From: Laetmonice hystrix
Taxonomy: Eukaryota
DNA length: 64,000 nucleotides
Assembly (NCBI GenBank): GCA_965235115.1
Contig: OZ249443.1
Span: forward strand, 18,352,001-18,416,000
Direction: 5' to 3'
The notes beneath the pieces are model-generated. The model saw only the letters and a program-made list of their open reading frames with translations. It ran no database searches and had not been told where the DNA came from. A program made the translations under genes and the position numbers. Shown one piece after another: positions 1 through 11,200 of this stretch (the first letter of the stretch is position 1; the number at the start of each line of letters is the position of its first letter).

Positions 1-1349
1 TAAAGCAGGTTTTCCGTAACCATTATCGTTTGAAAGACTATTTTGAAAGGCACACATGACCAAACTGCGATAAAAGTGAGGCTTTATTGGAATGTCTCTG
101 TGGGCTTCCAAATAGCCCTGATCTGGCGATGCCATCATGAACAAATAACTTTCTCCATAGGTATCCCGTGTCGGACAAACATCGATTTTGGACCCATTAT
201 CCTTTATAGGTCACGCGCCGTTACAAAGTGGTTCATGTTGGCACCCTGCTGAACTCCCGACATTGATTAGCCCCACGAGGGTACAGTTGATGGACAGTAA
301 GAAGGCCTTTGACAGCAAGTAGCGGTTTTTCCGATCGATCTGTTTGTGAGAGACAACAGGTGGTCCAGTGGGAATCCCAGGCTGAGTGTCAGGGATCAGA
401 GACATTTATCAACACCGCTTATACACAGGACATGGTTGCGGAGGTTCAGGACCACTTACAGCCTGACTGGTCGAGCACGCGCCTTTACAATCTTTCTCCC
501 ATTTAACATGATGAGCCATACGCATTTTTTTTAAATGTACAAACATTTTTAGTGTGGTCCACATTGTAATGGTGCCACGAACAATGGAGCTAATATCGCC
601 TGTATCGTCAAGGGCTAACTGGCTCTTCCCAAAGCCTTTGAAACGTATGAAGGAATTTGCTCTTCATAGACTGGAAAAATGGCCATGCAGTATTGAACTG
701 AGTAATGTATTTCAAAGTCAAAACAAATAGTTCCGTCACCTTAGGTATTTGTGGTTGATATTATTACTCGGCCCTCTTCTTACAGTGTTGGTACTCTGGG
801 CTAGAGTTGGGCTTTCGTGTTTCTGTATTGCTAGTATAGACATTTTGGAGGTTTGGAGGACACAGATTCTGACCATAGACCTGAAAACAGAGTCTGTTTT
901 CATGTCTGTGGTCTGTCCGAGAATGTGCAATGGTCTTAACTCTTACAGGGCCCGATAGGGGGCGTACCAATCGTAGATTCTGACAAACTAAAGAAGACAT
1001 CAAAGGCGTACATTTCTCAACACGCCCGGACGGTGTCCGTCTGTCCTTGTGATCTGATTGCAATTCATGTCTGCAATCTGTCAGGCGTGCCTCAAATGGA
1101 AAGGAAAGTTTTAATCCGGAAATTACGATTGGAGAAAACTTCGCTCTCAACTGGTAATGAAGTCGACATTATCCGAGGCACACTGGGAGAACACTTCCCG
1201 AGGAGAGGCGACTAATTGAAATAGGGAGCAGTTTTTTTTCATATAGTAGGGACAAAAAACTTGGCGGGTATTTCCAGAACCATGCGAGTAACAGACCAAG
1301 AAGACCGAAGACCGAAGGGGTACGAATTTCAACTCTTTCCTGTTTTCAT

Positions 1350-1375
1350 ATTTATTTATTTATTTATTTATTTAT
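1350..1375 (-). repeat. (TAAA)n microsatellite, possible 3' tail of a LINE fragment
   Basis: About 6 copies of TTTA on +, directly abutting the stop of the minus-strand ORF 1368-1694. Confidence 0.9.
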
Positions 1376-1694
1376 ATTTTTTATCCTGTTGATTAAACCT
1401 ATTCCACGGAGAACCAAGCGGCCACAGATAGACCGGCTCTTCACCTGATAGGTGTTTCATTTTTATTGAAAGACTTGTATAATACTTAGATATACTGTAT
1501 AATGTATCTAAAACCCTGTACATGTTGTATATGTATTTTTGTGAACTATGATCCTTAACCGTGCTCAGGTATAGTGGAACGGAACCCGAAAAAATTCCGA
1601 ATAGACGATGTAGAATTGAACGACCGGAAGGCGTTCGTGGCCAGGACGAAACATACAGTCCAAGTAAGTGTCGAACCTCTTTTATATTAACCAC
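1368..1694 (-). mobile_element. Degenerate LINE (CR1/L2-like) ORF2 C-terminal fragment
   Basis: Translation contains LFGIFSGSVPLYLS...KYIYNMYR...SPWNRF. This resembles the LFYKIxNGxxPxYL...HxYxxR...WNxL pattern of CR1/L2 ORF2 C-termini, and it runs straight into a (TAAA)n tail. Similarity judged by eye. Confidence 0.4.
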
Positions 1695-3662
1695 TCTCTA
1701 GTAGCACGATCAGGTTCGCAAGAAAATGAGGCTACATTTCAATGAATTTACAGACTTCTTTGTATTTAATGGTGTTAAAGGGATATTTGTTGAGAAGAAC
1801 GTCTTTCTTATTGCGACACACACGTCTAAAATGATGCATGCTTAGTCCGTAGTTGGATATAGGTAGTGTAGTCCTTTTCTCTGAATTTAATATGTTTGTA
1901 AAAAAGCAGATATTTATTTTAAAATTTAATTGTTCTACCCTATGTCCGTTAGATGAGTGCAAATTGTTGTTGATATTATCAAATTTCGCTGCGTTGATAT
2001 ATGATTGACTGTATTGAATGAGTCTGAATGATCTCGGGTGACAGGATAGTGTCACATATAAAATGTACAGCAATATCCCATAACCAACCCTACCGTTTCA
2101 TATTGCAGCGGCAGACGATCTATTGTAATGTGAAATTCACTTTCAGGAACCTCAGATAGATATTAATCCGTATTTCAGAGACAGAGCTGATAAATGATTG
2201 AATTTTTCATCGCAGATTGATTGCTAGTGGTAATAACGCGTGGTCCAGAAAAAAAAACTGATTGACTTCGACTTTTTATCTCTTTTTATGTCAGACAATA
2301 CATGTATATAATAAGTACAACTTTTGTCTTCCTCCATCTCCTCCTGCTGTACGCAGTGTGCGTACAAGGTCCTCCCGACCATACTGGCAATGTCGGGCGG
2401 CCATCGTTTAATCAGTCCAGGTAGTAGATTACTGATGTTATCAGACTGGTAGTCATGTCTCGCCTTACTAAGTTACTCGACCTGCCAACTTCATCTGGTA
2501 AATGTACTCGATATTTTTATTATTAATTAAATGGTCCCGCTTTCTTGAATCACTACACTTCATATTGTGTGCTGGGATGATGAGGGTGTTAGAAGTTGTG
2601 GTCAGTTGTGACTGCCATGGTCAGCTGTCCATGTGTCATCGTCAGCTGTATGTGCCCCGCAGCCAGCTGTTCCCGCTCAATGCCTGGATTCGTAACGTGT
2701 CCATGCCCTGGATACAGGCAGACATGAAACATTTGCTTATTTGCTTGCCCTGTTTGACCCCATCCCATCCTGCCTTTACATGGACAGTTTGCTCCTGCTC
2801 ATCCCATCAAAAAGACAAGTCGGTAATACGGACTGGAGCAGATAAGACGTCCCCGGGTTACCGTGTAATTATAGCGGGTTGATGCGAGCAGATAGTACTG
2901 TCAGGGCCGAGGTCGATCTGTCGAAGAAACCAAACATAAAACAAACAGTTCCCTTTGTTTTTATCCTGGAGACTCGGTCGGCCAGCCAGCACACTAGGAG
3001 GTCGGAGATCAGGCGGAATAAGTACATTACCCAGACGATCAGTGTTGTATCGTAGGGAGCCGAGGAGTGGCCAACCTCTGCCTCTCCTTCATCAGACATT
3101 GTGGGGTGTAGGGCTGGTGGTGGGGGTAACCTGCATTACCCTCAGGGGTCATACCATGGGAGGGTAAATGATGAAGTACGAAGGTGGTCGTGTTGTTGTC
3201 GGGGTGGGGTAAATTATAAACTATTCAGGGGTTTAGACCGTGGTGGGGTAAGCTAACAACCCTTTTAGTTGGTTGGGTGAATCCCCACTATCAGGGTTCG
3301 ATGGGAGGTAAGCCAAGGGCCAGGGTTTCTATAGTAATTTGGCGTCCGTCTGAACGGACGTCTGAACGTCCCTGGACAGTATTTCCCACAATTCTGTGAG
3401 ACAATTAGTTTGAAACCTTTCTCGGAGATTAGGGGCGATCTTGGGATTAAGCATGCCAAATAGATTTTTGATATAATTTAAAATAGTCCCCTGGCAGCCA
3501 TCTTTTATTTGACGGGGTAAAACAATGGACCTCAGCAGAGCTGTGGGGGTTGTTCCAGACAGATACTCACCACCATTAGCGCTGAGGTCATTAGAGGGGG
3601 TAAACCCATTACCATTACCGAGAACCGTACTCAGCCGTTCGATCACATCATCTGGGAGGGTT

Positions 3663-3706
3663 AGGTCAAGTTGAGGTCAGCTGAGGTCAAGGACAAAGGG
3701 AGGTCA
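3663..3706 (+). promoter_or_regulatory. Cluster of four perfect AGGTCA nuclear-receptor half-sites (DR5 followed by DR4)
   Basis: AGGTCA at 3663, 3674, 3684 and 3701, with spacers of 5 nt (agttg) and 4 nt (gctg) between the first three; an AGGACA variant lies at 3690. Confidence 0.45.
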
Positions 3707-3785
3707 GCGGGGGGGGGGGGGCTTCCGGAAAGGAAGTTTGACCAGAGCTGATCAGCGATTGCATTGATTTTAGTTTGGTCGAGGT

Positions 3786-3800
3786 CCACCAGGGGGCAGT
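3786..3800 (+). promoter_or_regulatory. CTCF-like motif
   Basis: CCACCAGGGGGCAG matches the CCASYAGRKGGCRS core 14/14. Confidence 0.55.
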
Positions 3801-4498
3801 GTGGAGCCTCCCTGAGGACGGCAGTGAGAGATCCCGATTAACAGATATTTAGATCCTGCCTCTGGTCGCTCTAATCGCCATACGCTGATTTAAGCTTATC
3901 TTATATTCAATTCATTTTTAATACCATCCATAACGCAGCTTGGCTTGTAGTTTGATAGATGAGAGAATATTAAAATCTGATTTTAAATGAAGTAGCCAGA
4001 AAACAAGCATACGGATAATGATGATTATTTTAAAACTTCTATCATATAGATGTATGCTCTATGAATGTGGTAAATGATAAAGCGACTCTTTAGACAATAA
4101 TGTTAGTTACCTAGGCGACGATGAAGATTGCAGTCCTAAATGTGGGACGATAGAATGAATGACTAGCACGGTCGCATGTGAATATTTTTTGTAATGATCG
4201 ATGCCTGTTTTTGTTAACGGCCGTGGCTCTTGGCAAGTCTCCCATTGTCTAGGTCAATCGTGAAACGTTTGTGGTGGGAAGCCTCTCCCAAATCACAGCT
4301 AGATTTTGGCAGACTCATTATGTCAGGACTCCATCCTAGGAACATCCGACCTCGAGTTGTTCGAGACCGAGTTCTGTGGTGATGAGATGTTCTAAGTCTG
4401 TGAGAATTCTGCTTGAGCTGAGAATGGATGGTCCAGATGGGCTGATGGTGTGTGGTCCTTGTCGAATAATGGAGGCAGGGTAGAGAGGTGAGGGATCC

Positions 4499-4539
4499 GG
4501 GGTGGTGGGGTGGGGGGTGGGGGTTTGGGGGTATAGGGG
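4499..4539 (+). other. G-quadruplex-forming sequence
   Basis: GGGG-TGGT-GGGG-T-GGGGGG-T-GGGGG-TTT-GGGGG-TATA-GGGG. A second motif lies at 4682-4713. Confidence 0.6.
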
Positions 4540-4873
4540 TAGTGTGTGGGAGACTGTAAAATTACAGGTGAAAACTGTCAGTGTCTCATGCTGGTTGGTG
4601 AGCTCGGAGGGTTAGCTCACTGCTAGAGGAGTGGGAGGGGGGGGGGGGTCTCAACACCCCACCGTTGAGGGTGCATGAGATGGGATGGGGTGGGGGTAAG
4701 CTGGGGTGGCGGGTTGACCCGGACGGTTGACCCTGAGAACCGGTTCCGTGTGAGCGTCATTAGTTACCACTGGAGTGAGTAACACTGCATTAGCCCAGAA
4801 CTGCCAGACTCTGCTGGCGAGGGATGGGTGGTCGAAGTATCACTTCACCCGACGGCGGAGTCGGGTTCTAAGG

Positions 4874-5600
4874 TCTCCTATAGAACCTCTGTCTTCATCT
4901 CACCAACCTTACCGTCAGGAGAAACAAAACCCACTCTCACCCATCTACGTACCTAGTGGGATACTTCATTTATTAGTTCTCCTATAGAACCTCTGTCTTC
5001 ATCTCACCAACCTTACCGTCAGGAGAAACAAAACCCACTCTCACCCATCTACGTACCTAGTGGGATACTTCATTTATTAGTTCTCCTATAGAACCTCTGT
5101 CTTCATCTCACCAACCTTACCGTCAGGAGAAACAAAACCCACTCTCACCCATCTACGTACCTAGTGGGATACTTCATTTATTAGTTCTCCTATAGAACCT
5201 CTGTCTTCATCTCACCAACCTTACCGTCAGGAGAAACAAAACCCACTCTCACCCATCTACGTACCTAGTGGGATACTTCATTTATTAGTTCTCCTATAGA
5301 ACCTCTGTCTTCATCTCACCAACCTTACCGTCAGGAGAAACAAAACCCACTCTCACCCATCTACGTACCTAGTGGGATACTTCATTTATTAGTTCTCCTA
5401 TAGAACCTCTGTCTTCATCTCACCAACCTTACCGTAAAAACAAAACCCACTCTCACCCATCTACGTACCTAGTGGGATACTTCATTTATTAGTTCTCCTA
5501 TAGAACCTCTGTCTTCATCTCACCAACCTTACCGTCAGGAGAAACAAAACCCACTCTCACCCATCTACGTACCAAGTGGGATACTTCATTTATTAGTTCT
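4874..5600. repeat. Minisatellite, 104-bp unit x7
   Basis: CTCCTATAGAACC starts at 4875, 4979, 5083, 5187, 5291, 5395 and 5495. Copies are near-identical; one carries a 4-bp deletion. Confidence 0.98.
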
Positions 5601-6206
5601 GCTCGTGAAGAGAGATTGATCGAGGTTTATGTTGTGGTCAATCATGATTAACCCAGATAGAAGAAGAACCCATATCGTGCCTCACTCTCACCAACTCAAT
5701 AATATTTCTTCTCACTTACTACAGCACTATGAAGGTTCTGGATAGAACAGTTAGATAACTGTGAACATCTTAAACATCATCTGGAAAATTATGAAATAAT
5801 GTCTATATATGGGTCCGGCGTTGTGCCAGTTAACAGCCTTAATTAAAAGGCGTTAAAACTTTCAGGAATGTTATTACAACGTACATGTAGTTGTGACATC
5901 AGGAGCACCACCAGAAGGACCAGGAATGCGATTCTCCCGACATTTGAGCCACCTTGGATGGAAAGGATGTTTTTTAGGTCATGGCAATTGATTAGTTTCT
6001 TCACAAATCTCACAAGGGTCATGAAAACCGGGAAGGTACTTGAATTACAGTGTCAAAATCCCGGCCTCGAAATACGAGAATTTTTTTAAAAAAATCCATA
6101 AAGTCATGGAAATTGGATTCGATTTCCTGTGGTTTAACATGATTTTTGTTCTCTCAGAACCGTGACTACTCTGTCGTCCGATACAACTTACTGATCTTTT
6201 TGGTTG

Positions 6207-7027
6207 CCTGGTGGTACTCGGCAAGGTCATGTCGTAGTCATGGAAATAACCTGATGGTACTCGGAAAGGTCATGTCGTAGTCATGGAAATAACCTGGTGG
6301 TACTCGGAAAGGTCATGTCGTAGTCATGGAAATAACCTGGTGGTACTCGGAAAGGTCATGTCGTAGTCATGGAAATAACCTGGTGGTACTCGGAAAGGTC
6401 ATGTCGTAGTCATGGAAATAACCTGGTGGTACTCGGAAAGGTCATGTCGTAGTCATGGAAATAACCTGGTGGTACTCGGAAAGGTCATTTCGTAGTCATG
6501 GAAATAACCTGGTGGTACTCGGAAAGGTCATGTCGTAGTCATGGAAATAACCTGGTGGTACTCGGAAAGGTCATGTCGTAGTCATGGAAATAACCTGGTG
6601 GTACTCGAAAAGGTCATGTCGTAGTCATGGAAATAACCTGGTGGTACTCGGAAAGGTCATGTCGTAGTCATGGAAATAACCTGGTGGTACTCGGAAAGGC
6701 CATGTCGTAGTCATAGAAATAACCTGGTGGTACTCGGAAAGGTCATGTCGTTGTCATGGAAATAACCTGGTGGTACTCGGAAAGGTCATGTCGTAGTCAT
6801 GGAAATAACCTGGTGGTACTCGGAAAGGTCATGTCGTAGTCATGGAAATAACCTGGTGGTACTCGGAAGGTCATGTCGTCGTCATGGAAATAACCTGGTG
6901 GTACTCGGAAAGGTCATGTCGTAGTCATAGACATAACCTGGTGGTACTCGGAAAGGTCATGTCGTAGTCATGGAAATAACCTAGTGGTACTCGGAAAGGT
7001 CATAAAAATCGAAGTCATGGAAATAAC
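6207..7027. repeat. Minisatellite, 43-bp unit x~19
   Basis: Unit CCTGGTGGTACTCGGAAAGGTCATGTCGTAGTCATGGAAATAA with occasional point variants. Confidence 0.98.
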
Positions 7028-7229
7028 ATAAAAAGTTATCCTGACTCTGTTTACGAATCGGAACACGGGATACGGAAATGAGAAAAGGCGTAAAAATGTA
7101 CAGTTAACAAGTTCATTTTAATACATTATTTTAGACATTTGTTAGTGGTTTGTAAATAATTATTGGGGAATCAGTGAAGCCTGTGGATGTTAAGTTGCAA
7201 GGGATTGTTGAAGCAACAGCAGCAATCCT

Positions 7230-7283
7230 CAGCAGCAGCAGCAGCAGCAGCAGCAGCGGCGGCGGCGGCGGCGGCGGCGGCGG
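7230..7283 (+). repeat. Compound trinucleotide repeat (CAG)9(CGG)9
   Basis: 9 perfect CAG (7230-7256) directly followed by 9 perfect CGG (7257-7283). Confidence 0.97.
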
Positions 7284-7648
7284 CGTTGGCAAGCGGGCAT
7301 GTCGAGGAGCAATTGCTGTACACCTGCCAATAAGGGCCAGTCGTACCCTAAGGCCCATGGTGGGACCGGCGGCCTGCTGCTGCCAGTAGTTAATGGCACT
7401 TGTCATCGGCGACAGATTAATATCACTCCTGTCCCTGGCTCAGATTTAGAAAACCTGCCTCCAGGCAAATACCAGGTTGTGTTTTTGTTAATCGCTGCAC
7501 ATGGCAGCATCATAAAGTGCTAAAGCGTGTTTGCTGCCAGTAGACACACTTATGTTTTTTGGTGGAGAAAGTTTTGTCAAACCATCCAGCCGAATTCGTC
7601 CCCTTTAATCAAACCTGTGAACTTTGTCAACGGTAGTACATTAAAAGC

Positions 7649-7664
7649 TCGCCAGGGGGCAGTG
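7649..7664 (+). promoter_or_regulatory. CTCF-like motif
   Basis: TCGCCAGGGGGCAGTG, 12/14 to the strict core (G at position 3 is a common variant). Confidence 0.35.
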
Positions 7665-7966
7665 GTGCATGGTTTTACCGCCAGTCGCGCCACCTTCTAG
7701 TGCCCGTGGTGATGTACCAAATCCTAACCTTTACAACTACTCAACCCTCATTACAAATCAACCGTCAATTGTTCACATGCAAATATATTTTTTAAGTTTA
7801 CACTGGATTCTTCTTGATCAAATACATTCTTGCTTGTGGAACATCCCCTGGTGATTTCTACCTCTGCAGTTTAATGGAATCGGGAGTGGGGTTGGAATTA
7901 AAATGATCCCACTTGGACTATTCTTAGCCACAGATGCTGCCAGTGTGTAATCTGGCAAACCGAGAT

Positions 7967-7984
7967 TGGCACCAGGTGGCAGCA
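7967..7984 (+). promoter_or_regulatory. CTCF-like motif
   Basis: TGGCACCAGGTGGCAGCA, 13/14 to the core. Confidence 0.4.
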
Positions 7985-9964
7985 TGTTTGCGCGTGTCCC
8001 CCTAGCGTAAAAATATTGTACTAGTGTGGCGGCTCCCGGCCACACCTGAGCTCAGGTTGGCTCCCTGCTCCCTGACCGACGACCTCACCCAAACCGTAGC
8101 TTTAGCAATAAAGATGAAGGATACATTCTTGGAGGGACACAACGACGGACAGATAGTGTCGGGCAGTCCCATTCAACAACTAACACACTCTCGGCAGTGT
8201 TTGTGAGGGAAAGAAAGAGGTAGAGTTGGGGGGATAGTGGGTCTAAGAGGTCTGTTGTGTACAAGCCTTGGCCAGCATCCAACAGAACGTACGGTGATGG
8301 ATGTTGTCTGTCGGCTACTATTCAATATGCTATTTTTATATGTTTCAGCTGTGTTACTTCTATACTAAATCAATATATTTTTCCTATCACTTTTTAAGAT
8401 AGACATATTTCAGTATAGTTTTTATATATTGAGGAATTCGATTTGTTGAAAGTAGGATTACACCGTAATATATCTCATTTACATACTTGAAAGCCCTAGA
8501 GATCTACACATGCAACTGTACTTGATTAAAGGATTTTTGCCAGAGCACATGGGAGATACCTTTATTTTATGCCAACCATGTCAAGAGTATTGGCATCAAT
8601 GTATACGAAGTATACTTACAGTTCACAGTTAGTAATTCGGTGGGATAGTGTTCTGTTCTCAAACTTAAGGAAGGGCAGTACACCAGTGAGATTACATAAT
8701 TTAAACACATGACGTTTTGACATCACATTTTGACGTCACATTTCAGAGGAATCTTTTGTCGAGTGAATCTAACTTTTTATCTGGATTTCGATGCATGGCT
8801 TGCAGAGGAACAACATGTCATTAGCAAAGAGAATATGTTCAGGTGGAACACTAAAAAATGATCCCATTAACGACTAAAACACAAGAGCACTTAGAGTATA
8901 GTATTTTAAATGTCTCCTTTATTCAGAAACCGCACAGGATACTCAGAGTGTTTTGTTACTGGTTCTCGAAGTACCGCTGCAGCCAGTTAGGTATAGAAAT
9001 CGTACTGGTGTCCATGTGAATAAACACTGTGGAATAAAAAAAAAACATCCTCACGTATTTTTAAAGGCGACTTTTTCCGATGGAATGGAGAAACTGAAGT
9101 AGTCCCGCCAGCATTAGCTCCGTGTAAAATGGAAGTGAAGTGTCTGGAACGGTCATACAGAAATCTCACCCTATAGATCATTAATGTCTGTTTCATGCAG
9201 ACAGCAAATACAGTTTGAAACATCGGACTTAGAATGAAACCCGTCAGTCTGCCAGTTAACACTGAAAATAACACTAGATTATAACACTTATTGTAAGTGT
9301 ATTTGGACTGTGAATTTTAAATTATTATAATTTGCATGAATTGTTGACAGGTGAGAATAGATACCAGTGATTTTACCGACTGAGTGCAGTAATATTGCGA
9401 ATTATTGTTTTCGCTGGGTGTTAATCCTTTTATCCTCTCGGAATCTAAGAAGCCAGATTGCCAGTTTGTTTTTAATGATATCTCCATGATGAAAAGACCA
9501 AGGAGAACTCGATTCTCATTTAGGAGAACTGTTCACTGAAAGCTGAGATCGAGAGATATTCTTTCAATACGTGACGTGAATGAAATTGATGATGTATTTC
9601 TTACCGAGCCTGTAGTCAGCCTCACTTTGACCGTCTGTCTGGGAACCTTTCAGGGCCACCTCTGAAATGATAATACTCAATTCTGATATTGAAGTCAGTT
9701 CTCAATGAATACTGAACCTTCCGCCAGATCTGGGCTCTGAGCTAGGACACAGGCCAGAGACGATGAGAGAGTCCAGCAAGCCTGAGCCATGGTTATTACA
9801 GGCTCTGGCTATATGATGAATAGGCCACTTTTCATATACTACTCACTGGTCAAGTCGAGTGGTTGCTTGCGTTGGGGAGGCGAACGAATCAGATCAGGTT
9901 GGAAATGTTTATGACTACGATATCGATGATACCGGACACTACTGTAAGGTTCGCAGGATTGCTG

Positions 9965-10200
9965 TCATTGATTTGATGTAGAATAGACGTATATTATTAA
10001 TAACAGAATGTAATACTACAGGTGTGTGGCTATTTACGGGATCCAGAAAGTTGAACGTAATGTTTGTGTCAATATATAATACTTGTCAAACGTCCAGTGC
10101 CATTCCTGAATGATGAATTGATTAGAGTTTTGTGAAATATTGATAAAGGTATTACAATAGCTTTAGTGCTTCTGTAAAGATAAATGGATTTTCCTGACCA
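9965..10200 (-). mobile_element. Degenerate LINE reverse-transcriptase fragment (CR1/L2-like)
   Basis: Across frameshifts the minus strand gives GQENPFIFTEA / KAIVIPLSIFHKTL / IQEW / LDPVNSHTPVVLHSVINNI. These fall in the order of GPDxIxPxxLKE / IAxPLxxxFNxSL / PxxWK / DPxNYRPISLLSVxxK. Judged by eye. Confidence 0.45.
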
Positions 10201-11200
10201 TGAGTAATTTAGATGTAGATAATTTAACACTTTAGATGTCGTTGTTCAGGTTTGTTTTGTGTGAAATTCGACGAGTAAGTCAAACATATCTAATGGGATA
10301 ATGGGATTTCATGTAAAATTCGGCCTATCAAACGAAACGTTTCTGAAAGAATAATGTTGATTGCAAGATTTTATGAGTTTTATAGTCAGATAGCAGTTTG
10401 AATTCATAGAAACTTCATGGGACCCTTTCTCTTGAACAAAGCGTCATACATAATCGAGTCTACCCACAATACGACTGCAATTTGATAGTTTTATCGCGTG
10501 ATACATCATGAATAATATCTAACAGATACAAACTTCACTTGCTCAGAGGTGGTCCTGTTCACAAAGACTGAAATATCAAAGAAAGAAATTTTTTTTAACT
10601 ATTTGATGGGTGCCATTTGAGTTAAGGGCTGCCAATAACTTCACCGGTTTGTTTGGGCCAATCTCAATGATTTTTCACAATCATTATAAATCCTTCCCCG
10701 CGTTCTTCTTTCTGAAGGTCATTTATCCCCATAGGGGTGAAGAAGTAGAAATTAAATCAGTTAGGCTTAGAAAAGAAAAAAATCCTGTCCTGGTTAAAAA
10801 TGTAGGATGCCAGTTCCCAACAAAGTTGTCCGCACATAATAAAGGAACTTATTATATCCTTCTTATAGAAGGGTGCGCCCTAGTGAAATTTTGAACACCT
10901 AAGCAAAACCCTTTCGCTATATGCTGCATTATTCCTAGAACTTAGAAGGGAGTTCAGTTTTGGTTTGAGATTGTGGTAAACAGGTCGTAGACGGTGACTT
11001 GCACGTTGTAGTTCAGCGAGATGGGACGCTGACGTGGATGGGGTAATCACGGAGGGGAGATGGGAGTGAAGATGTGGGTTGAGATGCTGCCCCCTCCCCC
11101 GACTGAAGGTACTGATAGGCCCTATCTGAGCCTGTCCACAGAGATGGAGTCCTGTCTTAGGGCTGTCCGCGGGGAACCTGCTGCAGGGAGATAGTCATCT

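Noticed and set aside
1732-2073. ORF with SCHPRSFRLIQYSQ (Penelope-like) or NKYPFNTIKYKEV (LINE C-terminus-like)
   Set aside because: The two interpretations conflict and neither is sustained; needs an HMM search.
7415-7474. INITPVPGSDLENLPPGKYQ as an exon
   Set aside because: The acceptor lacks a pyrimidine tract, and the resemblance to FN3/Ig strands is short.
8504-8615. LHMQLYLIKGFLPEHMGDTF as a LINE C-terminal relic
   Set aside because: Short, and the flanking motifs are not recoverable.
10854-10861. ATATCCTT as a U12 5' splice site
   Set aside because: About one occurrence is expected by chance, and there is no upstream exon.
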